The notes under the pieces: generated by a model | The model's database searches: none | The model's input: the letters and a program-made list of their open reading frames with translations, nothing else | What the model was told of the DNA's origin: nothing | Shown here: in pieces, positions 30,985 through 40,562 of the stretch | Position numbering within the stretch: the first letter of the stretch is position 1 | How the letters are laid out: every line of letters starts with the position of its first letter | Translations under genes and position numbers: made by a program | Assembly (NCBI GenBank): GCA_963716395.1 | Contig: OY970309.1 | Span: 2,144,001 to 2,208,000 of the forward strand | Reading direction: 5' to 3' | Length of the DNA: 64,000 bases | From: an uncultured Fibrobacteria bacterium | GTDB lineage: Bacteria; Fibrobacterota; Fibrobacteria; UBA11236

Positions 30985-32311
30985 ACGCCTTCGCCCCCGA
31001 GCCCAGACTTCTCCCGGCCACGTCAAAGGTTTCGGCCGCGGCGTGCGAACGCGTCCCGCCGGCTCCCGGTCTTACCGGCACGGCGCTGTAGGTGAAATCC
31101 GCCGAGGTCGTGTCGCAGCCGCAGTTGTCGGTGACCCGTACCGCGTAAGTTCCGTTGGCGTCGGGTTGATAGACCGAGTCGACGGCGCCGGGAATGATCT
31201 GGCCGTCGCGCAGCCATTGATTGCCTGCGGCCGCGCTGGAATGCAGCGCGCCGCCGCCCCAACGCACGGCGGGAACCGGCAAAGTGATGGGAATGATGCG
31301 CTCCACCAAAGCCCGCAGCGCTTCTTCGGTGGGCTGGATTTCGGGCGCGGTGCGCAACACGAAGAATACCGCGCTGATATTGCGGCAGCGGTCGATCCAG
31401 GGCGTGAAGCCGAAGGCGCCTTGGTCGCCCAATTCCACCGGCATGTTGTTGTGCGGGTTGACGCGCTCCAGCCAGGTGCCGAAACCGTAGCGGATGTCGG
31501 CATGCATCGGGTCATCGACATAGGGCGTATAAACCAGCGGCACGCCATGGGTTTGATCGATTTCCATGGTCTTCACCGACACCGAGTCGAGAATGCGCAC
31601 GCCGCTGTCGGCGCCGAAATGGCACATGAAGTTCAGGAATTTGGCGTAGTCGGGCAAGGTGGTGCCCATGCCGCCGGCGATGCGGAAATTGGTGGTGGCG
31701 CCGAGGCCGAGGTAGTCGGTGTGCTGCAATTTCAGCGGGGCGGCGATTTTGAGGTTGAAGAGAGAATCCCAACCCATGCCGCCGGCGATCTCGGCCATGC
31801 GGCCGGCAACGTGCATGTCGACGCCCGAATAGATAAAGGCGGTGCCGGGCGCGTAAGGGCTCATGGGGGTGTAAAGTCCGATGCTGTCCACCGCTTCGGC
31901 CAAGGTCATTGCGTTGTCGCTGAGATACGGCGAACTGTCCGGCAGGCCCGAGGTATGGCTCATCAGTTCGGCTAGGGTTATGACGGGCTTGCCCCCGAAG
32001 CTCGGCAAATAATTCTGCACCGTGTCGTCGAGATGCATAACACCGGTTTCGACCAAGGTCATGATTACGGCCATCGACGGCATCTTCGATCCCGAGGCGA
32101 CGGGCCGGTAGGTGCTGTCGTTCCAGATGCCGAAATAATGTTTGTAGAGTACCGAGTCGTTGCGGGTGATGATGAAACTGCAATTGGGGCCGACCCGGGC
32201 GAGGGAATCGGTGATGAGCTGGGTCACGGGGGCAAAGTCGTCGGCGGTTTGGGCCGCAGCGAGTCCCGCGGCGGCGGCGAAAAAGAGCAGGAAGCGGGAG
32301 GTCATTTTCAT
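30953..32311 (-). CDS. Secreted serine hydrolase (class C beta-lactamase-like) with Ig-like segment and short sorting tail
   Basis: Signal peptide, ASGSK (SxxK), LMSHTSGL, FIYSG, GAFGFTPWID; tail GNQWLRDG..YAVRVTDNCGC..FDVAGR. Confidence 0.85.
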   Translation of the reverse strand: MKMTSRFLLFFAAAAGLAAAQTADDFAPVTQLITDSLARVGPNCSFIITRNDSVLYKHYFGIWNDSTYRPVASGSKMPSMAVIMTLVETGVMHLDDTVQNYLPSFGGKPVITLAELMSHTSGLPDSSPYLSDNAMTLAEAVDSIGLYTPMSPYAPGTAFIYSGVDMHVAGRMAEIAGGMGWDSLFNLKIAAPLKLQHTDYLGLGATTNFRIAGGMGTTLPDYAKFLNFMCHFGADSGVRILDSVSVKTMEIDQTHGVPLVYTPYVDDPMHADIRYGFGTWLERVNPHNNMPVELGDQGAFGFTPWIDRCRNISAVFFVLRTAPEIQPTEEALRALVERIIPITLPVPAVRWGGGALHSSAAAGNQWLRDGQIIPGAVDSVYQPDANGTYAVRVTDNCGCDTTSADFTYSAVPVRPGAGGTRSHAAAETFDVAGRSLGSGAKAFIPVQRRRSP

Positions 32312-32763
32312 GTTACGGTGCTTTTGTCCGGTATTCGAAGTCGGAGAGGGGCGGCATGATTCCCAAGGTATTTCGTCGGGGGCTAAATCTCAATTAAAAT
32401 TGATTAAACGGATAACATAATAAAACGAAATAAAGCAAAAATAAAGGATAAAATTGGTTTATTTTATGAATATGTAATTCGTATATTTAAAATAAAGATA
32501 ACGATTCAGCACCCCCTTGTGGTTCGGGGTCGTAGTCTTCGTATTGCGATGGTGTTCCCGTCTTAATGCGATTGTTCGGCGAAATGGAATGCAAGCCGTC
32601 AGGATGTATTTCAGATCAGAAACGAATCGATTTCAGTTTCAACAGAGTGGATTCTCCCTCACGTAAATCCCCTCGCTTCGCATACTTTCCCGCCGGCGAT
32701 GCGGGTGCATCCCTATCAACGATCCATTTCACACCAACCAAAATGAGGGCAAAGGAGAATCGT

Positions 32764-35157
32764 ATGCATCAAGCTTGTGGTTTGTGCACACCAGGAGGGG
32801 AAAGCCGTTTCCGGTTTCCGGGGGCGGCTTATGGAATTTTATTGGCCGTCGGAATTTCGGGTTTTGCGGCGCCGACGGGAGATCTCCTCATCAGCCGCTC
32901 GATCTATGCGGGCGACTCGAACACGGTTCACATTGGCCAGTCTCTGCCGGGTGGCGGAACGGCCGTTTCCGACGGGTCTTACCCGGGAGTGTGGAACAAC
33001 GAAAACCCCGATCCCAGCTTCGGGGTGACCGCGCCCATTTTTCTCGATCGCCGCGCCCTGGCGGGAAATTCCCTCACGCCCGTCAACACGGTGACGGTGC
33101 CCACCGCTCAAATCGTCACCAGCTTTTCCTCCAAATCCGAACTGGCGCTCACCCTTTCCACCGACGGCCGGCATATCACCTTCATGGGCTATGCCGCGCC
33201 GGTGAACGCTCTCGACGTTTCCAACTCCAACACCGCCAACCACGTCGACCCCACCAATCCCGTGGCCGCGATTTATCCGCGCGCGGTCGGCGATCTCGAC
33301 GCCACCGGCGCCAGCCGTACCGTGCAGGTGACGGCGGTCGACGCGTATAGCGGCAACAACGGCCGGGCCGCCATTCTGGATGCGGCCGGCAACCAATACT
33401 TCCTGGTCGGCAACGCCGGCAACGGATCGGGCACCGAACCCGTCAATATCGTCGACAACACCGGCGTGCAGCTCGCGGTGCCGGGAGCCGCCGGAGAAAC
33501 CATGGTGGTCGGTCAGCAGCAGGGCACGCCCGGATCCAAAAACGGCTTTCAGTTCGGATTCTCCATCGCCCAACTGGGATTGGGAACCGACAAATCCGGC
33601 AAAGACGACAACTTCCGCGGCGTGGCGATTTTCGGGAACACCTTGTACGCCACCAAGGGCAGCGGCAGCAACGGCGTCAACACGGTGTACCAGGTGGGAA
33701 GCGCGGGCGTCTTGCCCACGGCCGCCTCCGCGTCAACTACCCCCATCACCATTCTTCCTGGTTTTTCCAACATTATCGCGAAAAGCGCGTCGGGCGTGCA
33801 GAACCCCTTCGGCCTCTGGTTCGCCGACTCGGCCACGCTGTACGTCGCCGATGAAGGCGATGGGAATGCCGCGGATGCGGCCACGAGTCCCGAAGCGGGC
33901 CTGCAGAAATGGGTGCTCGCCGGCGACGGCCAATGGCACAATGTTTACACGCTGCAGAACGGGTTGAATTTGGGAACTTCCTACGGGGTGCCGGGCATGC
34001 CCGATTCGCTGAATCCTGCCACCGATGGCTTGCGCAGCTTGACCGGACGGGTGAACGGCGACGGCACGGTGACCTTGTTCGCCGCCACTTCGACCGTCAG
34101 CCAGGCTGTGGATCAGGGCGCCGATCCGAATGAATTGGTAACCATCACCGATACCGTGGCCTTGCAGACGGCGGCCCAGGCCGCCAATGAACAATTCACG
34201 GTTTTGCAAACCGCCGCTTTCGGCGAGGTGCTGCGCGGTGTGGCTTTCGTTCCGCTGGATGCGCCCACGGCCGTGGCCGGTTCCAATCAGATGACCCAGG
34301 TCGGCCAAACCGTGCATCTCGACGGCAGCGCTTCTTTCGCGCCCAACACTTCGGCCGACAGCCTTCTCTATGCCTGGAGCTTTGTCTCCCAGCCGGGCGC
34401 GAGCTCGGCGGCGCTCACCGGCGCCGCGACGGAGCATCCCAGCTTTTCGGCGAACGCCCCGGGAACCTATGTCCTGCAGTTGGTGGTGACCGATCCGCAT
34501 ACGGGATTGTCCAGTGCGCCGGCGCAAGTGACCGTGTCGTCGGTTTATGTTCCACCCACCGCGGATGCGGGACCGGATCAATCGGCGTTGGTGGGGGCCA
34601 CAGTGACCCTGAACGGCAATGGAAGCGATCCCAGCGGGTTGTCCCTCAATTATGCCTGGAGTTTCGCGGCGCGTCCGGCGGGAAGCACGGCTTCGCTCTC
34701 GGCGGCCAACACTGCGGACGCTTCCTTCCGCCCGGATCGGGTCGGTTCCTATCTGCTCAGCCTGACGGTGGGCGATGTGTACGGAAGTTCCGCACCCGAT
34801 ACCATGGGAGTGACCGTCATCACTGCGGGCGATTATGCCCAACAGCAAATCGCCGCAGCCATCAACGAAGCGGCCGGTTTGCCGGCAGCGGATTTCGCCG
34901 CCCCCGGCCTGCGCCGGGCCTTTCAGGTGATTTTGCGGGGAGCGATCTTGGCCTTGCAGGGCGGGCATTGCGATGCGGCCAAGGTGTTCCTGGATCTCGC
35001 CGTCCTCCGCACCGACGGCGTTCCGCTGCGCGGGCATGTCGACACCAACGGCCCGGGCAAGGATTGGATCACCGCCGCGGCCGCGCAGACCGCGATTTAC
35101 CGCGATCTGGAAAAGGCCCTGGGCGTGATCGGTTCGGCCGCTTGCCGCCATCGGTAA
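32764..35157 (+). CDS. Secreted protein: uncharacterised beta-rich domain, two PKD/Ig-like domains, helical C-terminal domain
   Basis: AAGGAG then ATG; SFSSKSELAL, GNNGRAA, LYVADEGDG; PTAVAG..V.LDGS.S..YAWSF and PTADAG..LNG.GSDP..YAWSF repeats. Confidence 0.75.
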   Translation: MHQACGLCTPGGESRFRFPGAAYGILLAVGISGFAAPTGDLLISRSIYAGDSNTVHIGQSLPGGGTAVSDGSYPGVWNNENPDPSFGVTAPIFLDRRALAGNSLTPVNTVTVPTAQIVTSFSSKSELALTLSTDGRHITFMGYAAPVNALDVSNSNTANHVDPTNPVAAIYPRAVGDLDATGASRTVQVTAVDAYSGNNGRAAILDAAGNQYFLVGNAGNGSGTEPVNIVDNTGVQLAVPGAAGETMVVGQQQGTPGSKNGFQFGFSIAQLGLGTDKSGKDDNFRGVAIFGNTLYATKGSGSNGVNTVYQVGSAGVLPTAASASTTPITILPGFSNIIAKSASGVQNPFGLWFADSATLYVADEGDGNAADAATSPEAGLQKWVLAGDGQWHNVYTLQNGLNLGTSYGVPGMPDSLNPATDGLRSLTGRVNGDGTVTLFAATSTVSQAVDQGADPNELVTITDTVALQTAAQAANEQFTVLQTAAFGEVLRGVAFVPLDAPTAVAGSNQMTQVGQTVHLDGSASFAPNTSADSLLYAWSFVSQPGASSAALTGAATEHPSFSANAPGTYVLQLVVTDPHTGLSSAPAQVTVSSVYVPPTADAGPDQSALVGATVTLNGNGSDPSGLSLNYAWSFAARPAGSTASLSAANTADASFRPDRVGSYLLSLTVGDVYGSSAPDTMGVTVITAGDYAQQQIAAAINEAAGLPAADFAAPGLRRAFQVILRGAILALQGGHCDAAKVFLDLAVLRTDGVPLRGHVDTNGPGKDWITAAAAQTAIYRDLEKALGVIGSAACRHR

Positions 35158-35171
35158 AGTGAAATCCGGGT

Positions 35172-35210
35172 TCGACAGGTATCTGAAATATTTCGGGTAC
35201 CTGTCGATTT
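35172..35210 (+). terminator. Long stem-loop after the PKD protein gene
   Basis: TCGACAGGTATCTGAAA-ta-TTTCGGGTACCTGTCGA (17-bp stem with two G-U pairs), then TTT. Confidence 0.55.
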
Positions 35211-35419
35211 CCCGTCTCAGCCACGTGACCTGGCAGGTGGGCCAGAGGCGAAACCCTCCGCGTTTGCGAATTCCCGGGTAACCGATCATTTTCGAATGAA
35301 TCTTGGGTGGTTCACTTGCTGGCGATGCGGTTCCGAAGCCGTCGGGGCGGATGCCGAAGGGGGTTATATTTCAAAACGTTACGAATATGAAGTATTAAAA
35401 TCGAATTAAAAAAGCATTA

Positions 35420-36619
35420 ATGATGAGAATCCTGCATGTTACCGATACTTCGGTGTTCAACTTCGACGGGATATCAACGTATGTGAACGAATTGTTGGAA
35501 TGCTCCGGTCGTACCGGCGACGAGGCCTGCGTGTGGATGCCGCCGCCCCTGCGTCCGGAGCCGCACCGGAAAATCGGCCACCTCGCGGGGATCCGGGTTT
35601 TTCCCAAAGTCGGGGTGTTTTCCTCGCGCCGCTTCGTGGTGGCTTTGCCGGTGGGTCTACGGCGAGAATGGTCCGAGTTCCGACCCGATTTGGTTTGGAT
35701 TCACACGGTGGGGCCCCTGGGTGTGGTAGCGGCGCGACTGGCTGCGGGTCGATGCCCTATACTGTACACCAAACATTGCTTCGACGGCGATTTGTGGATC
35801 AAGAATCTGGGCATAAGGCCTTCCCTGCAACACACCGTCCGCCGCCTGGCCTTTAAGATGGAAAGTTGGGTGCTCGCCGGCGCCGACCGGGCCCTGCATC
35901 ATTTCGAAGATCGGTCCAAAATCGAAAACCGGAAGTATTTGCACAAGTTCACCTACCTGCCGCCGCCATTGAGCATCCGGTTTCTTCAGCCCCGATCGCG
36001 CGCGCCCTCGGGGATCCGCGACGACGGGTTCACGGTCGGCTTTTGCGGCCGGCTCGAACCCGAAAAAGGATTGGAAGAGCTTTTCGAGGCCGTCGATCGC
36101 GCGCAAGCCGCGCATCCGTCGAGGAAAACGCGCCTGCTGCTGATCGGCGACGGCGTTGCGGGCCGCGCCTTGCAGCGCCAGTACGCGCATCTGGAGGTGG
36201 CCATCACCGGTTTCGTCGATGACGTGGTGCCGCATCTCGATGCGCTCGATGCCTTCGTGCTCTCTTCGAAAACCGAAACCACCTCCCTGTCCTGCCTCGA
36301 AGCCTATGCGCGCGGCCTGCCGATTTTTTCCCGCCGGGTCGGATTTCTGGGTTTGCGGCCCCGGCACCATCGCAACATCTTCAATTTCGAAACCGCGACC
36401 GAATTGGCGGCCTTGCTGAAAACCGTGTTGCCTCAGGCGCGGCGCTTGGCGCCGCTTTCTCCGGAAACGCTCGATCCGCAGCTCATCACTTTTTCGCAGC
36501 TTTATGACGCGGTGATTCCCCATGAAAAAAATGGCGCTATGCCTTCACGATGTGAAATTATCGCAGGGCGAACGGATTCCCGCGGTGATCCGTGGCCTTC
36601 GCCGGCGCTTCGGGGTTGA
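35420..36619 (+). CDS. GT4 glycosyltransferase
   Basis: MRILHVTDT..DGISTY, PDLVWIHT, GFCGRLEPEKG, SKTETTSLSCLEA. Confidence 0.85.
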   Translation: MMRILHVTDTSVFNFDGISTYVNELLECSGRTGDEACVWMPPPLRPEPHRKIGHLAGIRVFPKVGVFSSRRFVVALPVGLRREWSEFRPDLVWIHTVGPLGVVAARLAAGRCPILYTKHCFDGDLWIKNLGIRPSLQHTVRRLAFKMESWVLAGADRALHHFEDRSKIENRKYLHKFTYLPPPLSIRFLQPRSRAPSGIRDDGFTVGFCGRLEPEKGLEELFEAVDRAQAAHPSRKTRLLLIGDGVAGRALQRQYAHLEVAITGFVDDVVPHLDALDAFVLSSKTETTSLSCLEAYARGLPIFSRRVGFLGLRPRHHRNIFNFETATELAALLKTVLPQARRLAPLSPETLDPQLITFSQLYDAVIPHEKNGAMPSRCEIIAGRTDSRGDPWPSPALRG

Positions 36620-37217
36620 ACCGGTTACCTGTCACCTCATCGTCGACGTCGATCCCGCCGCCGGAGAGGCCTGGGAGTTTCTGCGCGGCGAATGCGCGGC
36701 CGGAACCTTGGAAGTGGTCTTTCACGGCAGCACCCATTGCTGTCCCCAAGGCACGGCCCGATGGCTGGCTTGGTACCACAAAAATCAGGCGGAGTTTTTA
36801 GGCCGCGGCTTCGACGCCGAAGTCAATGCCCGGCGCTATCGCGCATTGAACGCAGGTCTCGGTCATACCGCCGCCATCTGTCCCCCGTGCTGGCTCGCGG
36901 GGCGGGAAGGGCGCGCTTTTCTCGTCGGGTTGATGCCGGCCTACCTGGAGTTCATGTTTTCGTTGCAGGTCGGCGGCCGGCGCAGCTTTTCTCCCGTGGT
37001 GGGTCTCGGAGGCCTCACGCCGTCCGAACTTTTTTTCCTGCGGGCGTTTTCGGGAGGGATGAGGCATTTCGCGTCCTGGGTCGGGGCCCGCCGTCTTCGC
37101 CTGGTGGTTCACCCCGTTGATTTGGAAAACGAACGCTCTCTGCGGCATTTGGAGCATTGTTTCACCGTGCTTGCAGGCCGGGGCTATCGACCTGTTTTGC
37201 AAGCCGACTTGCTTTGA
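36522..37217 (+). CDS. DUF2334 / polysaccharide deacetylase-like protein
   Basis: LCLHDV, VVFHGSTH, AEF, CPPCWL, RLVVHPVD. Confidence 0.75.
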   Translation: MKKMALCLHDVKLSQGERIPAVIRGLRRRFGVEPVTCHLIVDVDPAAGEAWEFLRGECAAGTLEVVFHGSTHCCPQGTARWLAWYHKNQAEFLGRGFDAEVNARRYRALNAGLGHTAAICPPCWLAGREGRAFLVGLMPAYLEFMFSLQVGGRRSFSPVVGLGGLTPSELFFLRAFSGGMRHFASWVGARRLRLVVHPVDLENERSLRHLEHCFTVLAGRGYRPVLQADLL

Positions 37218-37309
37218 GCCCAATGGGCGTGGGTAATTAGATTCGGAATGAAGTCCGGTTCAAGGGCCGCAATCCGAATGCCCCGCGCGGATCGGAAAAA
37301 GTGGCGCGA

Positions 37310-37336
37310 TGTCGATTCGGCCGGGGTTGGTTCGAC
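37310..37336 (+). promoter_or_regulatory. ECF42-type sigma promoter
   Basis: TGTCGA-N17-CGAC upstream of a DGPF gene, the promoter/target pairing known for ECF42 sigma factors. Confidence 0.6.
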
Positions 37337-37405
37337 GTAAGGGCAGAAGCGAAGATCCGCCGGACAATTCCGCCCGGTGCGCTTCGCCGAGAAAAGGAGA
37401 CCACC

Positions 37406-37831
37406 ATGCGTTTCATGTTGCTGATGTACCCGAGTGCCAAGGCCGAACAAGGCGCCATGCCCGACGAAAAGCTGATCGCCGCTATGATGATGTTCAACGA
37501 AGAGCTGACCAAGGCCGGCGTCTTGCTGGCGCTCGATGGCCTGCATCCGACCTCGCAGGGCGCCCGGGTCAAATTCGAAAACGGCCAGCCGCGGGTGATC
37601 GACGGCCCCTTCACCGAGTCGAAGGAAATCGTGGGCGGCTATTGGATGATTCAGGTGAAGTCCAAAGCCGAGGCCGTCGAATGGGCCAAGCGGTGCCCCG
37701 ATACCGACGCGCAATGGATCGAAATCCGCCGCGTGTTCGAAATGTCGGATTTCGGTCCGGAAGTCGCGGCGCAAGAAGGCGAACTGGCCAAGCAGATTGA
37801 ACAAGGAATGGCGAAGAACGCGAAGCGATAG
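37406..37831 (+). CDS. YciI/DGPF-family protein
   Basis: AAGGAG RBS; LTKAGVLL..DGLHP, IDGPFTESKEIVGGYW, EAVEWAKRCP. Confidence 0.92.
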   Translation: MRFMLLMYPSAKAEQGAMPDEKLIAAMMMFNEELTKAGVLLALDGLHPTSQGARVKFENGQPRVIDGPFTESKEIVGGYWMIQVKSKAEAVEWAKRCPDTDAQWIEIRRVFEMSDFGPEVAAQEGELAKQIEQGMAKNAKR

Positions 37832-37852
37832 CGGCAAATATTCTGCGCAGGG

Positions 37853-38287
37853 TTAGCCCGAATCGCGCGCGGTCGAGTCTTGGCCGCCGAAGTCGAGCGG
37901 GGCCGTCTCCGGTAGTTTTGTGATATTTGTGATCACAATGTTATCATTGGGCCAATCCACGCTCAACACGAATTCGATTTTATCGCCCGGCTTGAGGGCG
38001 GAGAGCGAGAGCCCCTTGGCCGGCGTGAAATCCATGGTCATCGATTCCATTCCCACCACCTGGCCCGACTTGTCCACGAATCCGGGAATGGCCTGGTGGT
38101 GAATGAGCAATTCGCTGCCGGGATTGCCGGCTGCGGGCACTTGCACCACCTGGCCGCGGATGGTGTAGGTTTGGGCCTTGGCCGAGGAGTGGTGACGCGG
38201 GGCTTTGCAGGCCGTGAAAGAAAGCGGCGCAGCCAGCGCCGCGGCCAAAACCAAATGCGGAATTCCCGGCATTCTCGTCTTCTTCAT
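37853..38287 (-). CDS. CusF-like copper-binding lipoprotein
   Basis: Lipobox-like FTAC; IHHQAIPG..GMESMTMDF..LKPGDKIEF. Confidence 0.75.
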   Translation of the reverse strand: MKKTRMPGIPHLVLAAALAAPLSFTACKAPRHHSSAKAQTYTIRGQVVQVPAAGNPGSELLIHHQAIPGFVDKSGQVVGMESMTMDFTPAKGLSLSALKPGDKIEFVLSVDWPNDNIVITNITKLPETAPLDFGGQDSTARDSG

Positions 38288-38389
38288 GGAGAACTTCCTT
38301 TGCAAAAATAGTCCGCAGGAAAATGGATGCAAGTCGAGGCGGTCAAAAATCGCAGGGTGGAGGCGAGCACCCGGAATTCTCAATGCGGA

Positions 38390-39520
38390 TTAATATCCCA
38401 GGGTAATTTTTTGCGCGAATGTTTGCCCGTTTTGCGTCAGCTTCAGGAAATACAGCCCTTTCAGAGCCAACCGGCCTAGGTCGAAAACGCGGCTTCCCGA
38501 GCCGGCGCTTTCCCAGATCTGCTTGCCGGACAAATCATTGAGGCGCAGGGAATAAGGCCCCGGCGAATTCAGAGCGAGTCGGGCGCGCAAGGCGTCGAAG
38601 GACATGGGATTGGGAGCCGGGACTCCACTCGAAATAGACGTGACCTCGCAGGCGGTGGGATCGCTGTGCACCAGATAGGACTTGTAATTGAGCGAGGCCG
38701 GATCCATGCACCCGGCGAGATTGGCTACCTCCAACCTGCGAAAACGGATGGGGGCGCCTTCGCCCTGAATGGCGATGGTTCCCATGGTGACGGGCGTGCT
38801 ATCCACGATGGCTACGGTATTGCCATGTACGTTGCCGTCTTGCCTCTGCACCGGTCGATAGAACGAGAGCACCAATTGGGCACCGGCATAATATTTGATG
38901 ACGGAATCTCCGAGCACCAGAGCCGAGACCGAAGTCCATGCCGGGGCCAGGGTCATGGAATTGGCGGCCGCGTTGGTGCAATGCGCCGTGATTAGGGCTC
39001 CGGAAGAGTCGTGATACGCCATGCCGTCGGTACAGAGATTGGCCGTGCCTGAAGCCCCGACCTGGTTGCCGGGGCCGACGAGTTGATCCTCCAGGGTAAT
39101 GGCCCAATCTTGGTTCAAGCCCATGCTGGCCATGCTTTGCGAATGCAGGAGCAGCGCGCTTTGTTGGGTGGAATAACTCGGGGTGCCGGGCGTCTGGGTT
39201 CCGAACAACTGGTATTCGGCGCGCAGCAGGTAATAGGAAAACGTCTGGGCTTTATAGCCGATGCGCCCCCAGGGGGTCCCGTTCCAGTTGGTGTAGTTGG
39301 AATAATTGAGTTCGAGACAATTCCCCGAGTCGTTCACGCACGGGGCCACCCGAAAGGTGTTCAGCGAATCCCAATTCAGGGGATGGCCCATGATTTTCAC
39401 GTCCCAGTTCTTCAAGTCGGACCCGTCGAACAGTGGGGTCCATACGGTATCGGCGGGACCGGCCGAGAGGGTGACCACAAACAAGAATGGAATCGCGAGA
39501 GTCAGAAACTTGGGGCTCAT
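38390..39520 (-). CDS. Secreted DUF1080 (3-keto-disaccharide hydrolase-like) protein with T9SS type-A-like CTD
   Basis: Signal peptide, WTPLFDGSDLKNW, IAIQGEGAPIRFRRLEV, GCMDP..NY linker, DLSGK..GLYFLKL..KI tail. Confidence 0.8.
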   Translation of the reverse strand: MSPKFLTLAIPFLFVVTLSAGPADTVWTPLFDGSDLKNWDVKIMGHPLNWDSLNTFRVAPCVNDSGNCLELNYSNYTNWNGTPWGRIGYKAQTFSYYLLRAEYQLFGTQTPGTPSYSTQQSALLLHSQSMASMGLNQDWAITLEDQLVGPGNQVGASGTANLCTDGMAYHDSSGALITAHCTNAAANSMTLAPAWTSVSALVLGDSVIKYYAGAQLVLSFYRPVQRQDGNVHGNTVAIVDSTPVTMGTIAIQGEGAPIRFRRLEVANLAGCMDPASLNYKSYLVHSDPTACEVTSISSGVPAPNPMSFDALRARLALNSPGPYSLRLNDLSGKQIWESAGSGSRVFDLGRLALKGLYFLKLTQNGQTFAQKITLGY

Positions 39521-39652
39521 GCTGCTCCGGCATCCACTCGAACCCGAGACCTAAAGGCTAGCGTAGAAATTTTATTGCAAAAGGGCGGCGGCACTTCAAT
39601 TTGGAATATTTGGCAATGCCAATTTAGCCGGCTACCAGTCGCAAAGATTTAA

Positions 39653-39982
39653 TTAGAGGGCGGGTTTTTTGATCTTGTTATCGATTAATTTCATGGTATA
39701 ACCGGCGTTGCTATAATCCCGCGTGCTAATAGAAAATTGCTTAATATCGCCACTTTCCTCGTATTGAATATCCCAATTTTTATTCTCACCGTTTTTTGAG
39801 TATTCAATATCGACGATTCTATCGATTATTATTTCCTGTCTTTGAAAGATTTTCCGGGGAAATCTCCAGCCGTGTTCAAAAATCAGCCTTCCATTTTGGA
39901 TGGAGGACTTCCAATAAATTTGAACTCTTAAAAAAATAAGAACAAGACCGATTATCAGAATAATTTTTGTTCCGACTTCCAT
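39653..39982 (-). CDS. Hypothetical AT-rich protein with N-terminal TM helix
   Basis: ATG 1 bp after the upstream stop; IILIIGLVLIFL; atypical codon usage. Confidence 0.6.
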   Translation of the reverse strand: MEVGTKIILIIGLVLIFLRVQIYWKSSIQNGRLIFEHGWRFPRKIFQRQEIIIDRIVDIEYSKNGENKNWDIQYEESGDIKQFSISTRDYSNAGYTMKLIDNKIKKPAL

Positions 39983-39983
39983 A

Positions 39984-40301
39984 TCAATCCGTAACAAAAT
40001 CGTTTAACATGGCAACTAGCCTGTTTTCTGGAATTTTTTGCCAGTTTTTTTCGCCAATATAAACGGTGTATGATCCGTCAGCCATTAAAAAGACAAGAAC
40101 GTCGCCAACATGACAAGTTGTTTCAACCTGAAAACTATATCCTCCGATCGCCTTTGCTTCGCTGGTAAGGGCTCCGAATTCCGGCATTTCATATGCGTGC
40201 AGCTTTATGCCGGGCCGGTAATTCCATTTCATTAGCGTTTCGGCATTCCCGACTTGAATAAGGCTTCTGATTTTCGTGGCTATTTCAAAGACGTCGGCCA
40301 T
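39984..40301 (-). CDS. Hypothetical AT-rich protein
   Basis: 105 aa, AGGA RBS, lower GC than flanks. Confidence 0.6.
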   Translation of the reverse strand: MADVFEIATKIRSLIQVGNAETLMKWNYRPGIKLHAYEMPEFGALTSEAKAIGGYSFQVETTCHVGDVLVFLMADGSYTVYIGEKNWQKIPENRLVAMLNDFVTD

Positions 40302-40371
40302 AAACTTGTTTCCTGCTTAAAAAAGAATCGAATTTTAAATCTTGTCAAGATTAATTCCTGGCGGCGTCTGT

Positions 40372-40562
40372 AGGGTACCTCTAATAATCGCATTCTCCGC
40401 GCGGCGGACTACCGGCTGGCGAAAGCCTCCGACTTCGTCGTCCGCCCGCAAGCGGAGCGATATTCAGCCATATCGCCTTTTTCGCACGCCTTGCCGGCGG
40501 CCTTCTCGTTCGGCCTTCCGCCGTAGGCGGGCCTTCGGCGGACCGATTATTAGAGGTACCCT
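40372..40562. mobile_element. MITE-like element with 19-bp perfect terminal inverted repeats
   Basis: AGGGTACCTCTAATAATCG (40372-40390) and CGATTATTAGAGGTACCCT (40544-40562); GC-rich hairpin interior; same ends recur at 51501. Confidence 0.75.

Noticed and set aside
39653-40301. Integron cassettes
   Set aside because: Genes are 1 bp apart, leaving no room for attC; no integrase.
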